Source: a virus
Lineage: Duplodnaviria; Caudoviricetes
IMG/VR virus record: IMGVR_UViG_3300032212_000060
Coordinates: 1 to 39,518 of that record
DNA: 39,518 bases
Direction: 5' to 3' (one strand)
Part shown: positions 1-9,149 of the stretch, piece by piece
Numbering within the stretch: position 1 is the first letter of the stretch
How the letters are laid out: the number at the start of each line of letters is the position of its first letter
Made by a program: the position numbers and the translations under genes
The notes under the pieces: generated by a model
The model's database searches: none
The model's input: only the letters and a program-made list of their open reading frames with translations
Told to the model about the DNA's origin: nothing

Positions 1-210
1 ATTACATTTTGGGGGAGAATTCAAGCCTAAGTTACAAAAAGTTACAAAACTTATGAGCCTAAATGATTTAGGGGGAGAGGGGGGAAGGGGGGCCACCAGT
101 AGTGCAATTCAACCCCCAAAAAATAGCTACAAGAAATTTTTGAAATAGGTAAGTGGTCTAATTATCCAGCCTAAATGCTAAGGGACTAGGGGAGAAACTA
201 AGCCTAAATT
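1..210. repeat. Short dispersed repeats near the probable genome end (packaging/terminal region)
   Basis: AGCCTAA at 24, 56, 168 and 201; tandem GTTACAAAA at 31 and 41; three GGGGAGA runs; no ORF. The terminal-region role is inferred by analogy with the short repeats next to T7 termini. Confidence 0.55.
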
Positions 211-240
211 AATTATTTTAAACTTTTTTTAATTATTTTG

Positions 241-269
241 GGAACCTTTTGGAATAAAAGTTGTATAAT
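241..269 (+). promoter_or_regulatory. Putative phage ECF-sigma promoter for the late operon
   Basis: GGAACC-N13-GTTGTATAAT preceded by A/T tracts; the same motif with the same spacing recurs at 30853, 36241 and 36862 on the - strand. Confidence 0.85.
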
Positions 270-401
270 ATAATTATATAGGACTGAAGGATTAGATGAA
301 AAGAAAAGATCGTAAGATCTAAATGAAAAGAAAAAGACGTACAGGACTCAATTAATAGAACTGTATTCATTTAATCTATTAACATATTAAAGGAAACTGG
401 A

Positions 402-590
402 ATGGAATACTTAAACACATTCTTCTCAGCTGCTTCTATTGAACTCTACATCGTTGCTATCTCAGCTTTAGTTGCTTTACTTGCTGCTATTGCAGACATC
501 ACTAAGAACAAGAAAGATGATGAGTACGTAGGTTACATTAAGAAAGGTTGGGATAAGATTAAATCATTACTAGGTCGTAAGACTAAGTAG
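402..590 (+). CDS. Holin-like small membrane protein
   Basis: AAGGA RBS; one long hydrophobic segment and a basic C-terminus; directly upstream of a spanin-like pair. Confidence 0.55.
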   Translation: MEYLNTFFSAASIELYIVAISALVALLAAIADITKNKKDDEYVGYIKKGWDKIKSLLGRKTK

Positions 591-788
591 TTGGATATGA
601 TTACTTACTTACTAATTACTGGGGGTATCTTTCTTACAGCTTACGTCAGCTACCGTGCTGGTAAGACAGTAAGTAAAAAAGCCCACCAAGAAGAAATATT
701 AAAGGCTATCGAAGATGTTAGGAAAGCTAAGTCTCGTATCAATGATCCTAATTACCTTAAGCGGTTGTATACTAAGTACGGCAAGTAA
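591..788 (+). CDS. Putative inner-membrane spanin (Rz-like)
   Basis: N-terminal transmembrane helix then a charged helical tail; its 3' end is overlapped by a lipoprotein ORF. Confidence 0.6.
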   Translation: MDMITYLLITGGIFLTAYVSYRAGKTVSKKAHQEEILKAIEDVRKAKSRINDPNYLKRLYTKYGK

Positions 789-942
789 AGGTAACTTCTG
801 TGATACTTATACAGTTGAACAGTTTTACATCTTTGAAGAACAGGAAATAGAATACGCTATCGAGAATGGTACACGTATCCTTACCCCTCAGCTTAAACAG
901 AAATTAGAAAACCTAGCTGCACATGATACACTAGGTTGTTAA
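715..942 (+). CDS. Putative outer-membrane spanin lipoprotein (Rz1-like)
   Basis: Signal peptide with lipobox LSGC; overlaps the preceding ORF in another frame, the typical overlapped spanin layout. Confidence 0.65.
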   Translation: MLGKLSLVSMILITLSGCILSTASKGNFCDTYTVEQFYIFEEQEIEYAIENGTRILTPQLKQKLENLAAHDTLGC

Positions 943-950
943 GGAATATT

Positions 951-1289
951 ATGAAAACATTACTTACAGCTCTAGTCCTATCAACTAGTACAGCTGCACT
1001 GGCATTAGAAAAGCCTCTATACTGGGACATTCCTAATCAGCGTGAAGATGGTTCAGAGTTACCTATTGAACAGATTGAAAACTACACACTGTACCAAGAT
1101 GGAAACCCTATTCAGTTTCTTGAACCTACACAAACATCCACTGTAGTTTCAGTTGAAGAAGCTGGTAACTACTGCTTTACAATCTCTACTACAGATACAG
1201 ATGAAGTAGAAGGTTTCAAATCCCCAGAGTTGTGTTTGGATTTTTTTCCTGCACCACCAGCAGCCCCTGCTCTCCGATCCAGTTTATAA
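951..1289 (+). CDS. Secreted fibronectin type III-like protein
   Basis: AAGGA RBS before ATG 951; signal peptide ending ALA; FN3-like pattern LYWDIP..REDGS.L..I.NYTLY...Y.FTISTTD...EG..S. Confidence 0.65.
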   Translation: MKTLLTALVLSTSTAALALEKPLYWDIPNQREDGSELPIEQIENYTLYQDGNPIQFLEPTQTSTVVSVEEAGNYCFTISTTDTDEVEGFKSPELCLDFFPAPPAAPALRSSL

Positions 1290-1341
1290 GACTAGACGGC
1301 TTCCACTGGTGGCTTAACAAATATTAAAGGAAAAGATATAA

Positions 1342-1689
1342 ATGTATTTTATTACAATTGATGCAAACAACTACATCACTGGTATCTATGATGGTAGCTT
1401 AGACTACGTACATCGTATCACAGGTGAGCCTATTGAAGGTGCTTTCCAGCTTCCAGCTGGTGCATTCGCTATAGATGATACGTGTTGGGAAGCTATTAAA
1501 TCAGCAACACCTGCCTCTACTCCTAAGTGGGATCCAGACAACAGCTGTATCATACAAGAGACAGATCTCTCAGTTGCAGGTAAGCGTAAGAAGCTATATG
1601 CTGAACGTATTGATAATGTTCTTGAAGCTGAAGAAGCCCGCATAGCTGGTTTGACAGAAGCAGAGATTGATGCAGAACTAGGAGCTTAA
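1342..1689 (+). CDS. Hypothetical protein, possibly fibre-assembly related
   Basis: AAGGA RBS, co-oriented in the operon, no clear motif. Confidence 0.5.
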   Translation: MYFITIDANNYITGIYDGSLDYVHRITGEPIEGAFQLPAGAFAIDDTCWEAIKSATPASTPKWDPDNSCIIQETDLSVAGKRKKLYAERIDNVLEAEEARIAGLTEAEIDAELGA

Positions 1690-1690
1690 T

Positions 1691-3172
1691 ATGTCCATAG
1701 GTGTTTATTCAGCTTACTCAACTATCACAGTACTTCCTGCAACTAGTGGGACTCCTGTACTGACAGACTTTATTGGTACTGCTCCTCTTCCTGAGCTATC
1801 TGATGTTACTCTGTTTGCTTACGTTAAGCCACGCTTTGCAGAAGCAACAGAACAGATTACTTCAGGTGATGCAGCAGGTACATACAAATCTAAGTTTGCA
1901 TTCCAGTATGCTCCTTTCCGTTTCGGTACTGGTAGCCCAACATTCCAGTTCCCTTCAGTTGGTTGTAACCTATCGTTAGACTTTACGATGAATACAACTA
2001 CACAAACATCTGGAGCCTCTCTATCACTAGATGCAGCACAGGTTGTTACTGACGATGATGGCGGAACGTTCACAACAGATGCTAGGGCACTAGATACTAT
2101 CCTTGCTAATGTCATTGCTTCAGATGAACAATGGTTAGCAGTTGCATGTGTATCCTCACTTCCGAGTGGAGTTATCACCAGCTACATCATTGATCCAGAA
2201 GACGGTACAGTACTGTTCTCTGGTACAGATACAGACATACAGAATGATGCAGCGTCTCCTTTTGTAGGTGCAACTCCTCCAGATGGTTCTCTTAGTATTG
2301 CTCGTATTGGTGGTCGTGCTCCTAACCACGTAGTAACTAACACTGACTTCGATTATAAGCTAGCAGAGATGTGCGTATGGCATGGTGCTAAGACTCAAGC
2401 AGAGCTACAAGCATTTGCTCAAACAGGATTCGCAGCTATCAATGAACCTACCGATCTAGTTCTTGATTGGAACTTCATGCTTAACTGGGGTGCTACAGAC
2501 CAGACTACTATCCCTGATCAATCAGGCAATGGCAACACTGGTGACATCATTGATGTTTCTTCACAGACACAGTTCTTCACTGACAACCCAGTACCAGTGT
2601 TCATACCACAGCTAACTGGTAATGAGCACGACGAGATAACAGTTAACCTGTTCTCTGGTAACTCAGGTGTAGTATATGGCGGTGTGTACCCTAGAGCAGC
2701 TACAGCACCAACAGATGCAGAGTTAGTTGCAGGTACTGGTGCATTGTCAACAGCAACAGTTACTCTTGACGGTATCGTAACTTCAGATATTACACTAACA
2801 CAACCAGACACAGATACTCTTTACACAGTCTACTTTGTACAAGATACTACTGGTGGTGGTGCATATACTGAAGTGTTTGAGTTAGATTACCAGTCGCCAA
2901 CTAAGTATTCAGAGACTTTGATCGACATCGATGGCGTTAGCCTAGACAGCATCACAGCTATTGAGTACTCTTGGTATGACTCTACTGACTTCAACAACTT
3001 AGGTTCAGCTAAGATAACTGGTACAGTAGAAGTTACTAACGGCTCAGGTCTATTAGAAACTACACTTCCAACTACTATCACAACCGCTAAAGGTGCTGAT
3101 GGTACAATGGTTCTTAAGGTAGATGACGCAGGGACTATACGTACAGCTGCTCATATTGTAACGGTGAAGTAA
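1691..3172 (+). CDS. LamG/concanavalin A-like domain virion protein
   Basis: Thr/Gly/Asp-rich beta-type sequence; LamG-like C-terminal pattern LAEMCVW..A.TQAEL...LV..WNF...TIPDQSGNGNTG. Confidence 0.65.
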   Translation: MSIGVYSAYSTITVLPATSGTPVLTDFIGTAPLPELSDVTLFAYVKPRFAEATEQITSGDAAGTYKSKFAFQYAPFRFGTGSPTFQFPSVGCNLSLDFTMNTTTQTSGASLSLDAAQVVTDDDGGTFTTDARALDTILANVIASDEQWLAVACVSSLPSGVITSYIIDPEDGTVLFSGTDTDIQNDAASPFVGATPPDGSLSIARIGGRAPNHVVTNTDFDYKLAEMCVWHGAKTQAELQAFAQTGFAAINEPTDLVLDWNFMLNWGATDQTTIPDQSGNGNTGDIIDVSSQTQFFTDNPVPVFIPQLTGNEHDEITVNLFSGNSGVVYGGVYPRAATAPTDAELVAGTGALSTATVTLDGIVTSDITLTQPDTDTLYTVYFVQDTTGGGAYTEVFELDYQSPTKYSETLIDIDGVSLDSITAIEYSWYDSTDFNNLGSAKITGTVEVTNGSGLLETTLPTTITTAKGADGTMVLKVDDAGTIRTAAHIVTVK

Positions 3173-3173
3173 T

Positions 3174-4448
3174 ATGCCTTTAGTATTAGACAATCCGAAT
3201 AGCGGATCAGGCTATTACTTTGATGATCCGAGCAACACAGCAGTACCAGTAGCAGTTGATCCTGTTAACATGACAGCACAGACTGTAGCAGTTGGTGACA
3301 ACTGGGTTAAGGTTGGCAATAGTTATGTTGGAGATAGACCAGCAGGCCCGATCAGTGGAGGCACAGCAGCGTTAGGTTGGAGTGCTCCAAACGGTTTGGT
3401 AGAAGGCGACACTCTTACTATATCAACAGACGGCACAAACTCGTTCGGAAGTAATGCCCCGAACTTCTTGTTCTTGATGGATACCTACAATGCAACCGGC
3501 CCTACCTTGACTGCATCAGATATTGAGATTGGTGGCGGTGCTGTTCTTGACTACACTGGTGGTTTTGACATAGGCACTACTGACAAACTTGGCAAAGCTA
3601 TTAAGATGGGTACGTCCACCCCGTTTGCTACAACACAGAACGGCACAGCTGTACAGGGCAAGATCTGGCTAGACTTCCCTGCACATCCACGGATGTTTGA
3701 AAGCCGAGCAACATACTGGCCAGCAGCTAACCAAGCCAACGCTGAACCTATGCTAAGCTCTGGCACAAATACTTGGCAGCTAAAAAACGTATGGAAGATG
3801 GCTGACAGAGATTTCGTCGCAACAGATACAGACTTCTTTGTAAGTGGCGAGGGTTATGCTTTTTATGACCCAACAGATAAGTTTAAGTCAGGCACGCCGG
3901 TGCTGTCTTCTAACTCTGTCTCTACTATATACATGAACGAAGGGACAGCGACGAACGATCCAACAGATGTTCACAACCGCCCTTACCCAGATGTGTTCTT
4001 CCACGAAGCACTGTGCGATCAGAAGAACTATGACGGAACAACAGCTAACAACGTTGTAGAGTACAGGAGTGCTAGGGCAGATGTAGCCGCTAGTGCGTTA
4101 GTGCAAAGAAACGACTTAATCCTAGCAGTTCCGTCAGCTCCTACTAGAGTGGTTAACTCGTTCTCCTATCCGGGGTACGTGCGAGGCTTCTCTATTCCAG
4201 AGGACGCTAACTTCTATGAGTCAGATCTTTACTTTGCTAATGGCGATGGTGCAGCATGTCGAGTAGTTATTTCAGACAATGCCGACTATTTTCAGTCAAC
4301 TAAGTACGCAGCTATGAGACCTTTGTCTTGGACTAATGGCCAGATTGAGATGAAGTTTAGAACTGGTATCTTCCAAGGAGACCTGACAGGTTGTCACTTG
4401 AATGTGATTGGAGAAGATAATACTCAAATAGGGAGTATCGCATTATGA
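3174..4448 (+). CDS. Putative fibre/carbohydrate-binding structural protein
   Basis: 424 aa, beta-rich; GDTLTI..GTNSFG and WTNGQIE segments resemble Ig/IPT-type strands; context among fibre genes. Confidence 0.45.
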   Translation: MPLVLDNPNSGSGYYFDDPSNTAVPVAVDPVNMTAQTVAVGDNWVKVGNSYVGDRPAGPISGGTAALGWSAPNGLVEGDTLTISTDGTNSFGSNAPNFLFLMDTYNATGPTLTASDIEIGGGAVLDYTGGFDIGTTDKLGKAIKMGTSTPFATTQNGTAVQGKIWLDFPAHPRMFESRATYWPAANQANAEPMLSSGTNTWQLKNVWKMADRDFVATDTDFFVSGEGYAFYDPTDKFKSGTPVLSSNSVSTIYMNEGTATNDPTDVHNRPYPDVFFHEALCDQKNYDGTTANNVVEYRSARADVAASALVQRNDLILAVPSAPTRVVNSFSYPGYVRGFSIPEDANFYESDLYFANGDGAACRVVISDNADYFQSTKYAAMRPLSWTNGQIEMKFRTGIFQGDLTGCHLNVIGEDNTQIGSIAL

Positions 4449-5224
4449 TATTAGATAGTAACGATGCTTCTATGCAGCGTGATGTCAACTGGAGCGTGGT
4501 TCTATCTAGCCCAGCTACAGCGCCAACACTATTAAACACTACAGCAGTTAGTGGAGACGATACCTTGACTCCTGTCAGTGTAACGGGCACAGGCCCATAT
4601 ACTGTAGAGTTTCCTGTTGGTGACTTGAGCAAGCAAGTAGATGCTACTGGCTATCCTTGGGATATTACTGTAGATGCAGAAACTGTAACTACAGGTAACA
4701 TACCTCTCAATATACAAGCAGGCTACACACTGGTAGACTTAGTAGACCCTGTAACAACAAACGGTTCTATATTGTTTGGTGCCACAGGTGGGACAGTAGT
4801 TACATCTGACCATGCTGAGTACGATGTAACAAGTGACTTAGACTCAGGTGTAACGTTTAGCGTTGCAGCTAACGGTGTATGGACAGTTACAGAAGCTACT
4901 GATGGTGACTGGACAACAGACATTGTTATCACAAGAAGAGTGGTAATAACTTCTGGAGTTATAGGACAAGAAGCAATTCTTATTCTTAATGCAGCTACTC
5001 AGTCCGTGGTACTTGTGCCAATAGGATCAGAGCAAGAGAAGGCCATAGCATTCTACAGATCTGTAACAGGGTCTAGCTCATATAACTTAAACGATCTAGC
5101 AGTTGCATACTACAGACAAGTGGGAAGCACAGCAGGGTACAGTTATAACGATGGCTTGCGTGCAGCTCAGGAAACTGTCTCATTTGTAGGGCAGTCTCCT
5201 ACAGATTGGAGAAACAATGTTTAA
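4445..5224 (+). CDS. Putative structural protein (Thr/Val-rich)
   Basis: ATGA overlap with the upstream gene; beta-rich composition; short C-terminal internal repeat. Confidence 0.45.
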   Translation: MILDSNDASMQRDVNWSVVLSSPATAPTLLNTTAVSGDDTLTPVSVTGTGPYTVEFPVGDLSKQVDATGYPWDITVDAETVTTGNIPLNIQAGYTLVDLVDPVTTNGSILFGATGGTVVTSDHAEYDVTSDLDSGVTFSVAANGVWTVTEATDGDWTTDIVITRRVVITSGVIGQEAILILNAATQSVVLVPIGSEQEKAIAFYRSVTGSSSYNLNDLAVAYYRQVGSTAGYSYNDGLRAAQETVSFVGQSPTDWRNNV

Positions 5225-5738
5225 AGATAATAAAGGGGCTTGGCGAACCAAGTCGCTCTTTGTTGAATGGTTAGGAGTCGAAGACCAAGAGAAATGGGAC
5301 GCTCCTTTTACCCTCAAAGAGAATGATACAGAGCGCAGGGGTAGAAAGTATAAGTCTCTCTACCAGCTCTTTATTAGCAGTGTGGATGAGTATGACTTTG
5401 CAGTTAAACATCTTGGTGGATATGCCCACCTTGAACAGCTGAAGAAAGCTAAATGGTTTTGTGAAGGTCATAGAACACACCGAGGATACAACGCTTGGCT
5501 CGATGAGCTTGGTTACAGAGATGAGAGCTTAGCTAAGAAAGCAGTGATTGCCGCAGTAAATGATGGCGATACAGCAGCTGCCAAGAAGCTTTGGGATATG
5601 TCTAAGAAGCCAGCAGAGACTAAGCGTGGTAGATTCGTTAAAGACGAAGCGAAGAAAGAAGCAGCTAAGAAAGTTAATGATGATGAACTTCTTTCAGATG
5701 CAGCATTAAGACTTAACGTAGTTCCTATAAGAGATTAA
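5217..5738 (+). CDS. Putative terminase small subunit
   Basis: 173 aa helical, charged protein with a basic tail, upstream of TerL; resembles small terminases of VpV262-type podoviruses (from memory, not searched). Confidence 0.55.
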   Translation: MFKDNKGAWRTKSLFVEWLGVEDQEKWDAPFTLKENDTERRGRKYKSLYQLFISSVDEYDFAVKHLGGYAHLEQLKKAKWFCEGHRTHRGYNAWLDELGYRDESLAKKAVIAAVNDGDTAAAKKLWDMSKKPAETKRGRFVKDEAKKEAAKKVNDDELLSDAALRLNVVPIRD

Positions 5739-5741
5739 CAG

Positions 5742-7244
5742 ATGGGCGTACAATTAAACTTAACAGATATTACAAGCGGATTCTTATCCGCAGCGCAGCA
5801 CACTGCTAATAATACATTAATAGAAACTGCGTTGAACAAAGCATTGGATCGTACCTCCAGTACGAACAACGCTATGGAAGTAGATATTGATATGGGTGTT
5901 AACGCACTGATCAATGCTTCTAATGTATCGACTTCTAAGATCACACTTAGTGGACAAGAGTTCACATCTCGTGACGACCTGATTGGCCCAGTAGGCCCGC
6001 AAGGTGAGCAAGGCATACAAGGCATACAAGGTGTTCAGGGTATTCAAGGACTTGTTGGCCCTCAAGGTCAATCGTTCAGCCCAGACTCAAGCGGTACTTA
6101 TGAAGATATATTCTCTCTTGGTTCGGTTGCTGACGACGCGGCTGTACTAGTGACTGAGTGGTTCCCTCCTCAGGTTGTTAACACTGGTGTGAATGAGATA
6201 ACCGTAAGGGTGTTTGATCCACACGGTGCCATTGGCGGCACTGCTTATCGTGCTTACATAGAGCCACTAAACGGAGCTACACAACCGTATTTCCCAACTG
6301 TTAAAGACTACATCAACGCAGCGGGTAGTACTGAGATAGGGGCGCAAGCTGCTAACTACGTAGACTTTGTATTCTCAGGGCTATCTGCACCTTACCTGAA
6401 TGACCATGCCCATATCGGCGTGGCGTACACAGACGGTACGGGATTTACCGACTACAACCTATACGACTTAAAGGTTACAGATTATGTCAGCTCATTAGCT
6501 GGCGGTGGTAGCTTAACAGCACCAACTACCGAAGCTTACGTATTTATCAAGCGTGGCGCACAGACTGTCCCTGTAAACTCTGTCACTGAGTGGACTGTCA
6601 ACGGTAATGAGTTTGTGCCTTCGAGGGGTGTATGGGAGACTCCCTTAGTCTTTGGCGGTACTGGCCCTCAAGGAATACAAGGTGACCAAGGGCCTCAAGG
6701 TATCCAAGGTATCCAAGGTATCCAAGGCCCACAAGGTATCCAAGGTGAGACAGGCCCAGCAGGTGAATCTCTAGATACTTCTGGAACCTATCCAAACCTT
6801 AGAGCACAGGCTACTACTAAAGGTGATGTCGGTTTAGGTAATGTTGCTAACTACACGGTTACCTCTTCTGTCAGCGACAGCAGCGCAACCAAGTACGCTA
6901 CAGCTTCAGCAGTTAAGACAGCTTACGATGAAGCCAACAAAGCAACAAACAGAACCACTCTGTTCACTGGCTCAACAACTGGAGACCTGTCTCTTTCTGA
7001 AGCATACACAAACTTCAGATACATAGTTATCGTCGCAGGTGAAACTGACTGGGGAAGCAGCCTAGTCATAGAGACAAGTTCTATATCAAAAGCATGGGAA
7101 AGATCTAGTAGTAAGTATGTCCACTCTGTTGGCTCAGACGGATTCATAGAGATACTACAAAGCGGATCAAGCTCAACATACTTTAATATGGGCGGCAGTC
7201 TCCGTGGTGTTGTTACAGCGGTTTATGGAGTAGGAAGATTATAA
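5742..7244 (+). CDS. Tail fibre with collagen-like repeats
   Basis: N-terminal anchor-like region, two Gly-X-Y blocks, TKGDVGLGNVANY and ATASAVKTAYD fibre motifs. Confidence 0.85.
   Translation: MGVQLNLTDITSGFLSAAQHTANNTLIETALNKALDRTSSTNNAMEVDIDMGVNALINASNVSTSKITLSGQEFTSRDDLIGPVGPQGEQGIQGIQGVQGIQGLVGPQGQSFSPDSSGTYEDIFSLGSVADDAAVLVTEWFPPQVVNTGVNEITVRVFDPHGAIGGTAYRAYIEPLNGATQPYFPTVKDYINAAGSTEIGAQAANYVDFVFSGLSAPYLNDHAHIGVAYTDGTGFTDYNLYDLKVTDYVSSLAGGGSLTAPTTEAYVFIKRGAQTVPVNSVTEWTVNGNEFVPSRGVWETPLVFGGTGPQGIQGDQGPQGIQGIQGIQGPQGIQGETGPAGESLDTSGTYPNLRAQATTKGDVGLGNVANYTVTSSVSDSSATKYATASAVKTAYDEANKATNRTTLFTGSTTGDLSLSEAYTNFRYIVIVAGETDWGSSLVIETSSISKAWERSSSKYVHSVGSDGFIEILQSGSSSTYFNMGGSLRGVVTAVYGVGRL
5985..6074 (+). 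repeat. Collagen-like Gly-X-Y block 1 (10 triplets)
   Basis: GPV GPQ GEQ GIQ GIQ GVQ GIQ GLV GPQ GQS. Confidence 0.9.
6663..6770 (+). repeat. Collagen-like Gly-X-Y block 2 (12 triplets)
   Basis: GPQ GIQ GDQ GPQ GIQ GIQ GIQ GPQ GIQ GET GPA GES; tandem CAAGGTATC at the DNA level. Confidence 0.9.
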
Positions 7245-7537
7245 TGGCAAACTTATACGTACACAAAGAGCACGGTGGCGTGATAGAGTACCCAGCCCCA
7301 GCTGATACAGAGAACTACTACACAGTTCCGCATCAACCGCTTAGTGATATTGTTGGGAAGAAGTATAATCCAGCAACAGAAGCTTGGGAAGACTGCCCAG
7401 TGTATGCAGCATCTCTAGTAGACGCAGCTCGCAGAGAAGCCTACGGGCCTATCGGTGACCAGCTTGACGAGATCTACCATGACATAGACGCTTGGAAAGC
7501 TAGAATCCTAGCAGTAAAGGAAGCTAATCCAAAGTAA
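7244..7537 (+). CDS. Tail fibre assembly/chaperone-like protein
   Basis: Coupled to the fibre gene (TAATG); C-terminal RREAYGPIGDQLD.IYHD..AWKA.I.AVK..NPK pattern common next to phage fibres. Confidence 0.6.
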   Translation: MANLYVHKEHGGVIEYPAPADTENYYTVPHQPLSDIVGKKYNPATEAWEDCPVYAASLVDAARREAYGPIGDQLDEIYHDIDAWKARILAVKEANPK

Positions 7538-7540
7538 GGA

Positions 7541-9130
7541 ATGCATATGTCTTCTAAGAGACTGACAAAAGAAGATTTAAGAAACGAATGTATCAATGAC
7601 CTGTGGGCATTTGCTAGGGTAATAAACCCTACCTATGTCTACGGTGACATACACGAGAAGGTGTTCAGGTGGTTATCAGATCCAGATGCTAACAAACGTC
7701 AGCTACTGCTTCTACCACGTGGACATCTTAAGTCTCACTGCATAGCAACATGGTGTGCATGGGAGATAACACGTAAGCCTTGGACTACATTAGTTTACTT
7801 ATCAGCTGGTGAGGATCTTGCAAAGGATCAGCTCTACGCAATTAAGAACATGATGACAGGGGAAGTATACAGCAAGCTTTGGCCTGAGATGATCAACGAT
7901 AAGGAAGGAGACCGAGAGCAATGGTCTGCTTACAGCTTTAACGTAGATCACCCACATCGTAAAGCTAGAGGGATACGAGACCACACCATCATCGTTAAGA
8001 CAGTGAAGGCTAACTTCATTGGACTGCACGCAGACGCTATCATCTTTGATGACGTTGTTGTTCCTAAGACAGCATACAGCGAGGCAGGTAGACAGGAAGT
8101 GGCGAAGGCATTGTCACAGTGTACTTCGATCTTGAATGCAGGTGGTAGTATCAAAGCGGTAGGTACACGGTATCATCCTAAGGATGCTTACCAAGATATG
8201 TACAACGCTAAGTACAAGGTATGGGATGAGGCAAACAGAGAGTTTGTTTCAGAAGAACCTCTCTGGGATATAATGGAAGAGAAGGTTGAGGATGAAGGAG
8301 ATGGCACAGGTAACTTCCTGTGGTCACGATCCTTATCTCCTGTAACTGGTGAGTGGTACGGATTCGATATACAGCAGCTTGAGATCATCAGGTCTGACTA
8401 CGATTCCAAAGGCGAGAGGGCACAGTTCTTCGCACAGTACTACAACGATCCTAATGACGAGACAACTAATATCCTAGATAGAAGTTTGTTTCAGTACTAC
8501 GATCCTAAGTTCATTGAGTTCGATACAGGTGGTATCAAGTTCAAAGGACAGAGGCTAAGAGTCTACGCAGCGATGGACGTTGCATGGACAGAGGCTACAG
8601 AGTCTGGCGGTAAACGTGCTGACTACACTGCAATAGCAGTAGTTGGTGTGGATAGCAAAGGGTTCTACTACGTACTGGATCTAGATAGATTCAAGACAGC
8701 TTCCTTCCAAGTCTACTACGATAACATCATGAGACTGTCAGAGAAGTGGGGCTTCAGAAAGATCAAGATAGAAACTAACTCAGGTGGTAAGTTAGTTGCT
8801 AAAGAAGTTGAGAGGATCTCCAGAGAGAATGGAGGAGCTATCTCAGTTGATCACAAATCAAATGCTGGTGCAGGAACTAAGTCAAAGATCCTAAGGCAGT
8901 ATGCAATTGTTAATCCTAAGTATGAACTTAGGGCAATATTCCACCGCAGGGATGGCCTTACATCTACATTAGAAGAAGAGTTAATACTAGAGAATCCTCC
9001 ACATGATGACTTGGTTGATGCTTTAGGTATGGCCCTAGAAGATGCTAAGCCCCCAATACAAACAACAGAGTACCTAGACACAGATCAGAAAGTTATAACT
9101 AATGCTAGGTTTGGGGGAAGGAAACGATGA
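7541..9130 (+). CDS. terL: Terminase large subunit
   Basis: Walker A-like LLLPRGHLKS, Walker B IIFDD, coupling motif GTRY, RNase H-like AAMDVAW...ADYTA and HDDLVDA. The true start may be ATG 7547. Confidence 0.95.
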   Translation: MHMSSKRLTKEDLRNECINDLWAFARVINPTYVYGDIHEKVFRWLSDPDANKRQLLLLPRGHLKSHCIATWCAWEITRKPWTTLVYLSAGEDLAKDQLYAIKNMMTGEVYSKLWPEMINDKEGDREQWSAYSFNVDHPHRKARGIRDHTIIVKTVKANFIGLHADAIIFDDVVVPKTAYSEAGRQEVAKALSQCTSILNAGGSIKAVGTRYHPKDAYQDMYNAKYKVWDEANREFVSEEPLWDIMEEKVEDEGDGTGNFLWSRSLSPVTGEWYGFDIQQLEIIRSDYDSKGERAQFFAQYYNDPNDETTNILDRSLFQYYDPKFIEFDTGGIKFKGQRLRVYAAMDVAWTEATESGGKRADYTAIAVVGVDSKGFYYVLDLDRFKTASFQVYYDNIMRLSEKWGFRKIKIETNSGGKLVAKEVERISRENGGAISVDHKSNAGAGTKSKILRQYAIVNPKYELRAIFHRRDGLTSTLEEELILENPPHDDLVDALGMALEDAKPPIQTTEYLDTDQKVITNARFGGRKR

Positions 9131-9149
9131 AGATAAAAGGTAATTTATA

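Noticed and set aside
760-775. Extra GTTGTATA matches (~764, ~19977) as promoters
   Set aside because: No GGAAC element 13 nt upstream.
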